From Solirubrobacteraceae bacterium (GTDB lineage: Bacteria; Actinomycetota; Thermoleophilia; Solirubrobacterales; Solirubrobacteraceae): a DNA stretch of 64,000 nucleotides. Shown here in pieces: positions 18,493 through 27,712 of this stretch (its first letter is position 1; every line of letters begins with the position of its first letter). The position numbers and the translations under genes were made by a program. The notes under the pieces were generated by a model. It was not told the DNA's origin and made no database searches. It worked only from the letters and a program-made list of their open reading frames with translations. The stretch is from NCBI GenBank assembly GCA_036510155.1, contig DATCEK010000161.1:5347-69346 (forward strand). Reading direction: 5' to 3'.

Positions 18493-18945
18493 TTATGAAG
18501 CTATTCGTGTCGTCTCGTCTGAGAGCACGAACAGTGGGGCCTGCAACAGGGCCTCCGGGTTGGCGTTGATGACCTGATAGCCGCGGCCCTCGTGGACGAC
18601 GAGCGGCGCGCGCAGGTTGGCGGTGATATCGAGTGGATTTGGTGTGGCGCGCACGGTCACGTATAGCTCTACCTCCTCTGTCCCCGCCCCGATCCCGGTT
18701 CGCTCGACGTCCTCCGGGGCCATGTGCAGCGAGAAGTCTGAGAAGAACGGTTCGGGGCGCACCACCGGCAATGCGAGCGCCGGCTCGTCGACCGAGTGCA
18801 GCCACAAGAAGCCGGTGCCGGGGTTGCGGTCGAGCAGCGTGTAGCGGGCGCCCCCCAGTCCGATCAGACCGAAGGGGAACTCGATCACATCCTCCTCGGC
18901 GACCTGCACCTCTCCGAAACGGATGCTCTGAAATGTCACAGACAA
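18493..18945 (-). CDS. fliW: Flagellar assembly factor FliW
   Basis: RFGEVQV.EEDVIEFPFGLIG, FLWLHSVDEP.LALPVV.P, TANLRAPLVV; next to csrA. Confidence 0.93.
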   Translation of the reverse strand: MSVTFQSIRFGEVQVAEEDVIEFPFGLIGLGGARYTLLDRNPGTGFLWLHSVDEPALALPVVRPEPFFSDFSLHMAPEDVERTGIGAGTEEVELYVTVRATPNPLDITANLRAPLVVHEGRGYQVINANPEALLQAPLFVLSDETTRIAS

Positions 18946-18966
18946 ATTTTGCTCTCCCCTCAGCGC

Positions 18967-19881
18967 CTACTGCAAGAACTGCAGTAGGGATTCTTGGACG
19001 ATGCTGGCGCCCGCGCGAAGTGCGGCCTCATAAGCGGCCTGCTCGGTGGAATAGGCGATCGACGTCTGGGCGATGTTCGCGTCCTCGGTGTTGGACAGGC
19101 TCGCGGTGATCGAGCTCTGCAGCGATTCGATGCGGCTCGTGGCCGTCTGCAACTGGTCGGTCACGCTTCCCGCCGTGGCTTGCAGCTGACTGAGGGTGTC
19201 GATGCTCGTTTCCAGACTTTTCAGATCGGTCGAGCCGAGAGCGCTGACGTCTTCGGCGCTGCCGCCGCGTAGGTGTTCTGAGATCGTGCGCAGCGTGTCG
19301 AGCAGCTTGCCGTCAGCCGAGCCCTGCCCGTTACCGAGCAGCGAGGAGATGTCCGTGCTGACGTTGATCGACACGCCGGGCCCCACCGCGCGCGTGATGA
19401 TGCCGTTGTTGCCCTGGTAGGCGTCTTCGGCTCCCTGTGTATATGGGGCGGTCGTGGTCGCGGTTCCAGAGAACACGTACTGTCCGGCGTACTGCGTGTT
19501 TGCGTCTTGCTTGACGGCTTCGGTCAGCTGCTGCACCTCGGTGGCGATGCTTTCGCGGTCGCTCTGGTTGTTGGTGCCGGTCGAGCTCCGTACCAAGAGC
19601 TCGCGCACGGTCTGCAAAACGTTTGAAACGTTTGCCATCGCACCGCTGGCCGTGTTCTCCCAGGAGATCCCTTCCTGAGCGTTGGCCGCATAGGAGCTCA
19701 GCCCGTCGAGCTGGCTCTGCAGTTCGACTACCTGGCTTGCGCCGTAGGGATTGTCTGAGGGCTCGAGGATCGTCTTGCCTGAAGACAATTCGTTCGAGGT
19801 ACGCTCCAGGTTCGCCAGCGAGGAATTGATGTCGTTGAGCGTCGTGGAGCGGACCATCGCCGGCGTGATGCGTTCGGTCAT
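18967..19881 (-). CDS. flgL: Flagellar hook-associated protein 3
   Basis: ELSSGKTILEPSDNP, GQYVFSG, EDANIAQT; follows flgK. Confidence 0.93.
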   Translation of the reverse strand: MTERITPAMVRSTTLNDINSSLANLERTSNELSSGKTILEPSDNPYGASQVVELQSQLDGLSSYAANAQEGISWENTASGAMANVSNVLQTVRELLVRSSTGTNNQSDRESIATEVQQLTEAVKQDANTQYAGQYVFSGTATTTAPYTQGAEDAYQGNNGIITRAVGPGVSINVSTDISSLLGNGQGSADGKLLDTLRTISEHLRGGSAEDVSALGSTDLKSLETSIDTLSQLQATAGSVTDQLQTATSRIESLQSSITASLSNTEDANIAQTSIAYSTEQAAYEAALRAGASIVQESLLQFLQ

Positions 19882-19922
19882 GGTCGAGCCTCCGCGCGAG
19901 AGATGCTGGCGTCCACGGCCAT
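19878..19922 (-). CDS. Putative relay mini-ORF flgK to flgL (MAVDASISRAEARP, 14 aa)
   Basis: ATG 2 nt after the flgK stop; its TGA overlaps the flgL ATG (ATGA). Confidence 0.4.
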   Translation of the reverse strand: MAVDASISRAEARP

Positions 19923-19924
19923 CG

Positions 19925-21235
19925 CTAGAACCCCGTTCCGGTGTGCTCGATCAGCGTTTCGAGCATGCTGTCCATCGCGTTGAGCGTGCGCGCCGAGGCC
20001 TGGTAGCCGCGCTGGAAGCTGATCAGGTTGGTCATTTCTTCATCGAGCGACACGCCCGAGACGCTCTGGCGCTGGTTGCCGATCGCGGTCACCGTCGTCT
20101 GTAGGTTGGCCTGCTCGTCCTTGGCCGCCTGCACACCTGCGCCGACCTGCTCGACAAGCGCGGCATAGCCCTGTTCAGCGGCGCCACCGCGCAACGCCGC
20201 GATTGCCTGGGCGACGTCGTTGCCGCCCTTGGCTTCGGTCGAGGAGGTTTGCACCTGGGCAGCCGTGACCGCCACCTCGAGCGTGGCGGCAGTTGCGCCG
20301 GAGAAGAACGGCGTGCTCGTGTGCAGCGCGTTGACGGTGCCCGCAAGCGCAGCGGCCACGTTGTCCAACGCCGTCTGGTAGTTGCTCAGCGCTCCGGTTG
20401 GGGAGGTCAGGCCCAGCAGCGCGCCGAGCTTCCCACCGGCGGCCGGCGTGAGCGCCTGGGGCCAGTTGACCTTCGTGCCTTCGACCAGCGGCTTGGCCGC
20501 ATCGCCGAAGCTGACGGTGTCGGTGCCGTCGGCCTGCTGGCTGACGGTGACCTTGGCGAGACTCGAGAGCTTGTCGAGCAGGAGGTCGCGCCGGTCGAGC
20601 ATTTCGTTTGGCTTCTGGCCGGCTTCTTCGGCAAGCTTGATTTGGCCGTTGAGCTGAGCGATCTGGTTGGCGTCGTTTTGCACTTCGCCCGATGGTCCGG
20701 TAAGGGCCGTGTACTGCGCGCCGGCCTGGGTTGAGATCGTCGAGAGTTGTGCGCTCAGTTCGTGAAAGGTGTTCGCCAGCGATACGCCGGCGGCGACCAC
20801 TCCCTGCTTGGCCGCGAGGCTTGTCGGGGCGTTGGCGAGATCGCTCCAGGCGCTCCAGAAAGCCGAGATTCGACTGGCAAGGCCTGAGCTCGAGGGTTCG
20901 TTGAACGCCGCCTGGGCCTGGGTGAGCTCTTCAGACTGGGTACTTGCTTCGCTCAGCGAGCTTGTCTGCGTGCGGTACTGGGCGTCCAGGTAGATGTTGC
21001 GCACGCGCGTGATCGTCTCGGCGCTGACGCCGGTGCCGAGCTGTGCGCCGCGGCCGGTCAGCGGCGAGATCGCCGGGATGACGATCGGTTCCTTGGTCTC
21101 GAGGACCGCCCGCTGGCGCGAATAGCCTTCGGTGTCGGAGTTGGTGATGTTGTTGCCGGTAACGTCAAGCGCCGCCTGCTCGGCGACGAGTCCGCTAAGT
21201 GCGGTTTGCAGTCCTTGCAGGGTCGGGATCGACAT
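19925..21235 (-). CDS. flgK: Flagellar hook-associated protein 1
   Basis: LDVTGNNITNSDTEGYSRQR, GTGV, LLDRRD, SVSGVSLDEEMTNLISFQRGYQASAR. Confidence 0.96.
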   Translation of the reverse strand: MSIPTLQGLQTALSGLVAEQAALDVTGNNITNSDTEGYSRQRAVLETKEPIVIPAISPLTGRGAQLGTGVSAETITRVRNIYLDAQYRTQTSSLSEASTQSEELTQAQAAFNEPSSSGLASRISAFWSAWSDLANAPTSLAAKQGVVAAGVSLANTFHELSAQLSTISTQAGAQYTALTGPSGEVQNDANQIAQLNGQIKLAEEAGQKPNEMLDRRDLLLDKLSSLAKVTVSQQADGTDTVSFGDAAKPLVEGTKVNWPQALTPAAGGKLGALLGLTSPTGALSNYQTALDNVAAALAGTVNALHTSTPFFSGATAATLEVAVTAAQVQTSSTEAKGGNDVAQAIAALRGGAAEQGYAALVEQVGAGVQAAKDEQANLQTTVTAIGNQRQSVSGVSLDEEMTNLISFQRGYQASARTLNAMDSMLETLIEHTGTGF

Positions 21236-21239
21236 CGGC

Positions 21240-21791
21240 TCAGGCGTGCAGGTCGAGGACGTGCAGGTTGCCGTTAGGGCGAGCTCGCGTGATCGGCGTC
21301 GAGGAGCCGTGCGTGTCGTAGCCGGTAACTCCGTCGAGCGCGAGCACGCCCATCAGATGGTCGAGAAAACCCAGTTCGATTTGCATCAGGGCGCGGTTGC
21401 AGGAGTGCTCGCGCTGTAGCTCGCGCAACAGCCCGCGCAACTCGGCGCTCAGAGTTGCCGCGCGCTCGGCGACGGCGTCCTCCATCAACGTGCACAAGCG
21501 CTCGAGCGTGACAGCCTCGGCGGCGATCCCGAGCCGCTCGCCGCTGCGAGCGAGCAGACGCGAGCGCTCCTCCTCGAGCAACTGGCGGCGACTCATCTCC
21601 CCGCGCAGAATCCCGGCCAAGCGCACGACCGTGTCCACGTCCCGTGCCCGGATCGCCTTGCCTTGCGCGAGTACGACCTCGAGCAAGCTGCGGGCCGAGG
21701 CGATCTGCGCGTCCAGGTGTGCGAGCACTTCTACGCCGAGCGCCCGATCCTGGGCGAACCGGTCGGGCTGAGCCAGCGCGGCCAAGCTCAT
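21240..21791 (-). CDS. flgN: Flagellar export chaperone FlgN-like
   Basis: Helical protein before flgK: LLEEER..LL, LQREH..NRALM..ELGFLD. Confidence 0.8.
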   Translation of the reverse strand: MSLAALAQPDRFAQDRALGVEVLAHLDAQIASARSLLEVVLAQGKAIRARDVDTVVRLAGILRGEMSRRQLLEEERSRLLARSGERLGIAAEAVTLERLCTLMEDAVAERAATLSAELRGLLRELQREHSCNRALMQIELGFLDHLMGVLALDGVTGYDTHGSSTPITRARPNGNLHVLDLHA

Positions 21792-22336
21792 GCCGCAGTG
21801 CCCCCGGTGGCGGCGGGACCGTCTGCAGGCGTGGTGACAGACGGGTTTCCATTTTTGGGGATTGGCGTGCTCGCGCCTGTACTAGCGCTTGTACCACCTG
21901 TCGTTGGCGCAACTTTCCCGTCGCTCTGCGTGCCTGCTCCCGCCAGATGGCGGGTCATCTGAGCGGCCAGCCCGAGGCCGCCCGCGCTCATCACGCCGCT
22001 GGTCAGTGCTTGCGGCAACATCGAGGAAAGCGGACCACCTGCGCCACCGCTGCTTTCCCCGCCGACTACAGAGCCTTCTGAGGATTCGCCTTCCGCACCG
22101 CTTTCGCCGCCGAGGCCACTGCTGGCGGTCAGCGACTGCGAGAGCTCTTCGACCAGCATCTGTTCGAAGGCAAGCGCCGTCTCGTAGGCCTTTTGCGTGG
22201 CGGGGGAGCCTTTGCGCACCCAGGCGGGCTCGAGCGTCTGGTTGACGGCCGGCGCGCCGCTTGAGGACGTTGGCGAGCCGGCGGAGAGTGGCAAACCCAA
22301 CGACGCGGGCGAGCCCGAGGGCAGCGGGATGCTCAC
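21788..22336 (-). CDS. Rod-binding (FlgJ N-terminal-like) protein without muramidase domain
   Basis: GTG 22336 overlaps the flgG stop; ALAFEQMLVEEL and MLPQAL...GGLGLAAQM resemble FlgJ rod-cap motifs. Confidence 0.7.
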   Translation of the reverse strand: MSIPLPSGSPASLGLPLSAGSPTSSSGAPAVNQTLEPAWVRKGSPATQKAYETALAFEQMLVEELSQSLTASSGLGGESGAEGESSEGSVVGGESSGGAGGPLSSMLPQALTSGVMSAGGLGLAAQMTRHLAGAGTQSDGKVAPTTGGTSASTGASTPIPKNGNPSVTTPADGPAATGGTAA

Positions 22337-23073
22337 GCCGGGCGCAGCTGGTTGGCGATCGACATCATCTGACTCTCGGTCTGGATCGCCGAGCTGCTCA
22401 TCTGGTAGTCGCGTTGGGTGCTCACCATCAGCGCCATCTCCTTCGACATATCCACATTGGAGCCCTCCAACGCGCCTTGACGAATTTTCACCGCGCTCGC
22501 TCCCAGCGGCGTGATCGTGCCGCTGGCCGTCGTCGGCGTCAGCGTGCCGCCACCGCCTGCGAGCAGGTGGTCCGGTGAGGGGACATTGACGAGCTTGATC
22601 TGGCCGAGCGTCTTCTTGCCGGCGCTCACGCTGCCGTCGACACCAATTTTCACGTCGCCGGGTGAGACCCCTGGCGGCAGCTTGATCGGCGGTTCCAGCG
22701 GGTTGCCTTCCGCATCGACGATCGTGCCGGCGGCGTCTACGCCAAAGCTGCCGTCGCGTGTGAGCACCGGTCGGCCGCCGCTGCCCTTGACCTGGAAGTA
22801 GCCTTCGCCTTCGATCGCCAGGTCGAGCGGATTCCCAGTTTCCTGGATCGAGCCCTGAGCATGGCTGCGCCCGATCGTTTGCGCGCTTGCCCCTGCGCCG
22901 ATGCTCGATTCGGTGCCGGCCTCGTCCACAGCGTTGTAGAGCAGGTCGCTGAAGGCGACACGCTCGGATTGGTAGCCGCTTGTGGAGATGTTGGCGAGGT
23001 CGTTTGAGACCGCGTCGAGCTGTTCTTGCTGCGCGGCCATGCCCGCCGCCGCAGAGTAGAGGCCTTCGAGCAT
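22333..23073 (-). CDS. flgG: Flagellar distal rod protein FlgG
   Basis: SNDLANISTSGYQSERVAFSDLLY, TGNPLDLAIEGEGYFQV, TRDGSF, LEGSNVD..KEM. Confidence 0.9.
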   Translation of the reverse strand: MLEGLYSAAAGMAAQQEQLDAVSNDLANISTSGYQSERVAFSDLLYNAVDEAGTESSIGAGASAQTIGRSHAQGSIQETGNPLDLAIEGEGYFQVKGSGGRPVLTRDGSFGVDAAGTIVDAEGNPLEPPIKLPPGVSPGDVKIGVDGSVSAGKKTLGQIKLVNVPSPDHLLAGGGGTLTPTTASGTITPLGASAVKIRQGALEGSNVDMSKEMALMVSTQRDYQMSSSAIQTESQMMSIANQLRPA

Positions 23074-23099
23074 CAGTCGCCACCGTTCGCTTCAAGCAT
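23073..23099 (-). CDS. Putative relay mini-ORF flgF to flgG (MLEANGGD, 8 aa), arising from a duplicated TGATG junction
   Basis: ATG overlaps the flgF stop (TGATG) and its TGA overlaps the flgG ATG (TGATG); 20-bp imperfect direct repeat at 23069-23088 / 23095-23114. Confidence 0.55.
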   Translation of the reverse strand: MLEANGGD

Positions 23100-23794
23100 C
23101 AGCCGCCGCCATTCAACGAGCCGACTTGCGATGCAGACTCCTGCAGGGTCTGCCCGATCGACTGGATCGCCTGCTGGCCAGACTGGAAACTGCGCAGCGA
23201 AGTGATCATTTCGACCATGATCTTCGCTGCGTCTACGCCGGAACCCTCCAATGAGCCCTGGCGCACGGTGCCGGTTGGCTTGCCCGAGGGGCTGCCGGTA
23301 TAGAGGTTTTCTCCCTGCTTGACGGCTCCCGGCACTTCGAAGACACCGAGCGCACCCGGCGCGACTTTGCCGCCAGCGCCGACCCTGACCGGCGCTCCGC
23401 TCTGATCGAGCACAGGGTCGCCGCTCGCATCGGTCAGCACCCCTTCCGCGGAGCTAGTGAACTGCCCGTCGCGGGTGTAGCGCACGCCCTGAGCTGTCTT
23501 GACAGCAAAGAAGCCGCTGCCTGCGATCGCGAAGTCGAGCGGTTCGCCTGTTTCCTGTAGCGATCCTTGTGTCATGTCGGTGTAGGTCTTGCCGAGCGCC
23601 ACGCCGCCATCGACCGATCCGACCGCCGGGCCGCCCTCGCTGTTGGCGAGCAGCACGTCGCCAAAACTGTGCTGGGAGGACTCGTCGGGCTTGTAGCCGG
23701 GGGTCGAGGCGTTGGCCAGATCGTTTGAGAGCTGGTCCTGACGGACCTGCTCGGCGACCATCCCCGAAGCGGCGATATACAGGCCAAGATCCAT
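23099..23794 (-). CDS. flgF: Flagellar proximal rod protein FlgF
   Basis: MDLGLYIAASGM...SNDLANASTPGYK, TGEPLDFAI.G.GFF, RYTRDGQF, LEGSGVD. Confidence 0.88.
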   Translation of the reverse strand: MDLGLYIAASGMVAEQVRQDQLSNDLANASTPGYKPDESSQHSFGDVLLANSEGGPAVGSVDGGVALGKTYTDMTQGSLQETGEPLDFAIAGSGFFAVKTAQGVRYTRDGQFTSSAEGVLTDASGDPVLDQSGAPVRVGAGGKVAPGALGVFEVPGAVKQGENLYTGSPSGKPTGTVRQGSLEGSGVDAAKIMVEMITSLRSFQSGQQAIQSIGQTLQESASQVGSLNGGG

Positions 23795-23805
23795 GTCCCC
23801 CTGGG

Positions 23806-23832
23806 TGTTCGACCGCGAGCGGCGATTCTTTA
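23806..23832 (-). promoter_or_regulatory. Sigma-28-type promoter for the flgF-csrA operon (TAAA-N15-GTCGAACA)
   Basis: Matches the TAAA-N15-GCCGATAA consensus spacing. Confidence 0.65.
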
Positions 23833-23835
23833 GGT

Positions 23836-24648
23836 TCAGCCGACGGCGCTGAACAGCGACAGCTCGTCGGAGAGCTTGTCGTACAGGCGCCGGCGCAACT
23901 GGGTGTGGATCTGGGAGACCCTGCTCTCCGACACGCCCAGCCGGGCGCCGATATCGCGCAGCGTCCAGTGCTCCAGGTAGAGCAGCACGGCCACTTCGCG
24001 CTCGACCGGCGGCAACAGCGCGAACTCGGCACGAAAGCGCTCCTTGGCTTCGCGACGCTCCGCGCATACGATCGGGTCGCAATCCGTGTCGGGGCTCTCC
24101 AGCGTGTCGATCCGCTCGATCGTGGCGTTCTCATCGGAGCGCACCGTGCGGTTGAGCGAGCCGACCTCCGCCAGCGCCACCTCGTCGAGGCGACCCACGA
24201 GCTCTCGCGGATCCATGTCGAGCATCGCGGCAAGCTCCTCGCGGCTCGGTGCGCGGTCGTGGTTTGAGAGGAACAGCTCGCGAGCATGGTTGATCGCGCG
24301 CTCGTCGCGCCTGAGCGAGCGCGGCGCCCAGTCGTGGCGGCGCAGCTCGTCGAGCACGGCACCGTGGATGCGCGTCCATGCGTACTGCTCGAGCGTGGCG
24401 CCCTTCTCGGGGTCATAGCGCTCGATCGAGCGGATCAGCGCCTCGAGCCCGCAGGAGAGGAAGTCCTCGACGTCGCACTGGGCCGGTACCTCGCGCACCT
24501 TGCGGTAGACGATGTAGCGCACCATCGGCGTGAAGATGAAGATCAGCTGATCGCGCAGGCGCAGATCGCCGCTTTGGCGGTATTCGCGCCACGTCCTGAG
24601 GGCCTCCGCCGCGGAAATCCTCGAGGTCCCTTTTGCGATCGTTTCCAT
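23836..24648 (-). CDS. fliA: RNA polymerase sigma factor, FliA/WhiG (sigma-28) family
   Basis: LRDQLI, EDFLSCG...AIERYDP-like IERYDPEKG, RIHGAVLDELRRHDW.PRS, LRDIGARLGVSESRVSQIH; embedded in the flagellar cluster. Confidence 0.9.
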   Translation of the reverse strand: METIAKGTSRISAAEALRTWREYRQSGDLRLRDQLIFIFTPMVRYIVYRKVREVPAQCDVEDFLSCGLEALIRSIERYDPEKGATLEQYAWTRIHGAVLDELRRHDWAPRSLRRDERAINHARELFLSNHDRAPSREELAAMLDMDPRELVGRLDEVALAEVGSLNRTVRSDENATIERIDTLESPDTDCDPIVCAERREAKERFRAEFALLPPVEREVAVLLYLEHWTLRDIGARLGVSESRVSQIHTQLRRRLYDKLSDELSLFSAVG

Positions 24649-24915
24649 TTTGCGACTCCGATTTCGAGGGAACTGCGAACAGGGTGCCCCCGCGTGCGCC
24701 AATCTTGCCCGCGGTCCGATGTGCGCTATTTGCGAAGTTTCCGGGCGCGGACCGTACCGGCCGTACCGGTCGTAATCGTTTGATTGGCTCAACCGGGACC
24801 AGTTAGCCAACTCTGCGCATAGCTACGCATAATCAGCACATTTGCAACCTGTTAAATGAGGTATACGAGTTGCCGGGCGCGTCGGTCCCGGCGCGCAAAT
24901 GCTCGAGCGAAGCAC

Positions 24916-24942
24916 TCAGATATCGGCGCACCCGGTCGATGA
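24916..24942 (+). promoter_or_regulatory. Sigma-28-type promoter for the glycosyltransferase (TCAG-N15-GTCGATGA)
   Basis: Consensus-like motif 12 bp before ATG 24955. Confidence 0.55.
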
Positions 24943-24954
24943 CCATGCGTGTAG

Positions 24955-27483
24955 ATGGCCGCCCCACGCAATCCGAGCCCTGACGAGAGCGCCACTCTGG
25001 CCGCCGATCTCTCCGCGCGCGCCCAGCAACTGCTCGCCGCCGGCGAACTCGACGGCTACCGCCGGCTGTTTGGCGAGCTCGAGACGATCGCCGACCCCCA
25101 CCGCCGCTACCAGGCCGGCGTCGGCCTGATCGAGCAGGGCTTCACCGCAAGCGGCGATGCCCCCCGCGCGCGCGTGGGAGGCCTGTTTTCGGCAATCGCC
25201 ACCGGGGCAGTCGAACAGCTAGAGCGACAGCCAAGCGAGCCCAAGCTGCTCAACTACGCCGGCGTAGCCCTCTATGAGCTGTGGAGCCTCGACGCCGCGC
25301 GCGCGCTGTTCAAGGCCGCCAAGCGTCTGGACCCGCGCTCCGAGCAGGTGGACGGCAACCTGGCCGCACTCGCGGGGAGGCGGCGCCAGCTACGCAGCGC
25401 CGGGGCCGCGGCGCCACAGCACGCCGCCCTCGCCGACCTGGCCAAGCGAGCGCTCAAAGTCGCCAAGCGCGCCCGTCCCGCCACCGGCATGCGCCTCAGT
25501 CTCTGCATGATCGTCCGCGACGAGCAGGAGATGCTGCCGCGCTGCTTGGCCTCCGTGGCCGAGGCGGTCGACGAGATGGTGATCGTGGACACCGGCTCAA
25601 CCGACGCGACGGTCGAGATCGCGCACTCATTTGGCGCGCGCGTGCTCTTCCACGAGTGGACCGGCTCCTTCGCCGAGGCGCGCAACGTGTCCTTCGACGC
25701 GGCCGAGGGCGACTGGCTGCTGTGCCTGGACGCCGACGAGGTGCTGGTGGAGGAGGACGCGCCGCTGCTGCGCTCGCTCACCGGACGCACCTGGCGGGAG
25801 GCGTTCTACCTCTCGGAGACCAACCACACCGGCGACCTCGAGGACGGCACCGCCGTCACCCACAACGCGCTGCGCGTATTTCGCAACCGGCCCGAGTATC
25901 GCTTCGAGGGACGCCTGCACGAGCAGATCGCCCACTGTCTGCCGGGCTACCTACCCGAGCGCATGGAGGCGAGCGGCGTGCGCATCGAGCACTACGGCTA
26001 TCTCGGCGCGGTGCGCGACAGCCGCGAGAAGTCGCGCCGCAACATCGAGCTGCTGCGCTTGCAGCAGAAGGAAAGCCCGCCCACGCCATTCCTGCACTAC
26101 AACCTCGGCTCCGAGTACGCAGCAGCCAACGAACCGCAGGCTGCGCTCGCCGAGTTCGAGCGCGCCTGGAAGTTGCTGCAGAGCCTCCCCGATCGCGACA
26201 GCTACCAGTTCGCGCCGGCCCTGATCAGCCGCATGGTCAAGGCGCTGCGGGCGTGTGGGCGTCCAAGCGACGCGATCGCACGCGCCGAGGAGGGGCTACT
26301 GCGCTTCCAGGGCTTCACCGACCTCGTGCTGGAGCAGGCGATCGCCGCGATCGCGCTGGAGCAAAAGGAGCGCGCAAGCGAGCTGCTCGAACGCTGCATC
26401 GAGATGGGCGACGCGCCGCGCCGTTACACCGCCACACAGGGCAGCGGCAGCTACCTGCCGAGGCTTCAGCTCGCAGAGCTCAGACGCCAGGCCGGCGACT
26501 ACCCAGAGGCGACCCGGCTGCTCGAGTACTGCCTGCGCGAGTACCCCCGCTTCATCGGCTCGGTGCTGCCTTACGCGAGCGTGCTGCTGGCAAGCGGCGT
26601 CGAAGCGGGCGAGGTTGTGGCGCGCGTGGAGCAGCACCTGCCAGACCCGCCACCCGCGGCTCGCTTCATGCTCGGCACCGCTCTCTATGAGTCCGGCGCC
26701 ACCGTCGCCGGTGAGCTTCAGTTCAGGGCGGTGCTGGAACGCCAGCCACATTCCAGTCGGGCGCGCGTGGCGCTCGGCGAGGCGCTGCTTGCACAGCGAC
26801 GCTACGGCGAGGCGGCCGATGTGGCGTGCGAGCTCGCAAACGACGACACGCTGGCGGTGATCGCCCGCCGGACAGAGCTGTTCGCACGTATCGCCGGCGG
26901 CGACACCGAGAACACGGGTCGTGCGCTTGACAGAGCGCGTGTGGCAGGTATGCCGGCCGATGAGCTCGAGCTGTTCTCGATCTGGCGCCAGCTCGCGGAG
27001 GCCGAGATCGACACAACCGCACGCCACGGCGTTGTTCTCACCGAAACGCGCGATCCGGTAACACCCCCCCTTTCCGGACACCCTCTATCGGCAATCCACA
27101 CGCGGTCCGAGCCACCACTCTCCGGACAAGCAGTGGCTCCGCTTCGGCTGATGCTCGAAGCGCTGTTGCGCGTACACGACTTCAAGGCCTTTGAAGTGCT
27201 GCTCGGCGCGCTCGAGCACACGCCGCTACAGCCACGCGAGCGCCGCGAGCTGCTCGCCGATATCTATCTACGGCGCGGGTTCCTGGCATCCGCGGCCGAG
27301 GAATGGATGGCCGTCTGCGAGCAAGAGCCGGACGTGCCGGCGCTGCTTGGCCTGGCCCGCGTGGCGGCCGCGCGAGGGATGGCCGAGGAGATGAGCGACT
27401 TCGCGGCGGAGGCACTTGCACGCGACCCCGACAACGAGGTGGCGAGGACGCTGCTCGCTCGAGCGCATGCGCCAGCCGCATAG
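24955..27483 (+). CDS. TPR-containing GT2 glycosyltransferase, probable flagellin glycosyltransferase
   Basis: LSLCMIVRDEQEMLPRCL, DTGSTD, WTGSFAEARN, LDADE, GRLHEQ, HYGY; TPR-like helices on both sides; flagellar context. Confidence 0.88.
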   Translation: MAAPRNPSPDESATLAADLSARAQQLLAAGELDGYRRLFGELETIADPHRRYQAGVGLIEQGFTASGDAPRARVGGLFSAIATGAVEQLERQPSEPKLLNYAGVALYELWSLDAARALFKAAKRLDPRSEQVDGNLAALAGRRRQLRSAGAAAPQHAALADLAKRALKVAKRARPATGMRLSLCMIVRDEQEMLPRCLASVAEAVDEMVIVDTGSTDATVEIAHSFGARVLFHEWTGSFAEARNVSFDAAEGDWLLCLDADEVLVEEDAPLLRSLTGRTWREAFYLSETNHTGDLEDGTAVTHNALRVFRNRPEYRFEGRLHEQIAHCLPGYLPERMEASGVRIEHYGYLGAVRDSREKSRRNIELLRLQQKESPPTPFLHYNLGSEYAAANEPQAALAEFERAWKLLQSLPDRDSYQFAPALISRMVKALRACGRPSDAIARAEEGLLRFQGFTDLVLEQAIAAIALEQKERASELLERCIEMGDAPRRYTATQGSGSYLPRLQLAELRRQAGDYPEATRLLEYCLREYPRFIGSVLPYASVLLASGVEAGEVVARVEQHLPDPPPAARFMLGTALYESGATVAGELQFRAVLERQPHSSRARVALGEALLAQRRYGEAADVACELANDDTLAVIARRTELFARIAGGDTENTGRALDRARVAGMPADELELFSIWRQLAEAEIDTTARHGVVLTETRDPVTPPLSGHPLSAIHTRSEPPLSGQAVAPLRLMLEALLRVHDFKAFEVLLGALEHTPLQPRERRELLADIYLRRGFLASAAEEWMAVCEQEPDVPALLGLARVAAARGMAEEMSDFAAEALARDPDNEVARTLLARAHAPAA

Positions 27484-27612
27484 ACGCTGGAGCCCCTGCG
27501 AACGCCGGCCTCCTCTTCCGGCCGGCCAGCAAGCGACACATACTCGCCGGGACAGGAGGGTAGACCCGCTTGAGGAAAGGGCGAGCCCGCGCGCCAGATG
27601 GGCGTGCCCGAA

Positions 27613-27639
27613 TAAAGTTTTCGCGAGAGACGCCGATCA
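27613..27639 (+). promoter_or_regulatory. Sigma-28-type promoter for flaG-fliDST (TAAA-N15-GCCGATCA)
   Basis: Near-perfect consensus. Confidence 0.8.
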
Positions 27640-27712
27640 CTTGAAGAGATATCAATCGCGAGGCGGCCCAGGGAACGGGTCGTCGCACACGTTTTCAGGG
27701 AGAAAACGCCAT

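Noticed and set aside
21788-23095. 435-aa ORF from the track as a real gene
   Set aside because: Its 5' two-thirds is an alternative frame over flgG; only 21788-22336 looks coding.
23836-24648. Sigma factor as a c-di-GMP/RsiG-controlled WhiG orthologue
   Set aside because: Region 2 reads RYIVYRK rather than the WhiG-like KYVAGR, and no RsiG motif E-x3-S-x2-R-x3-Q-x3-D was found in the window.
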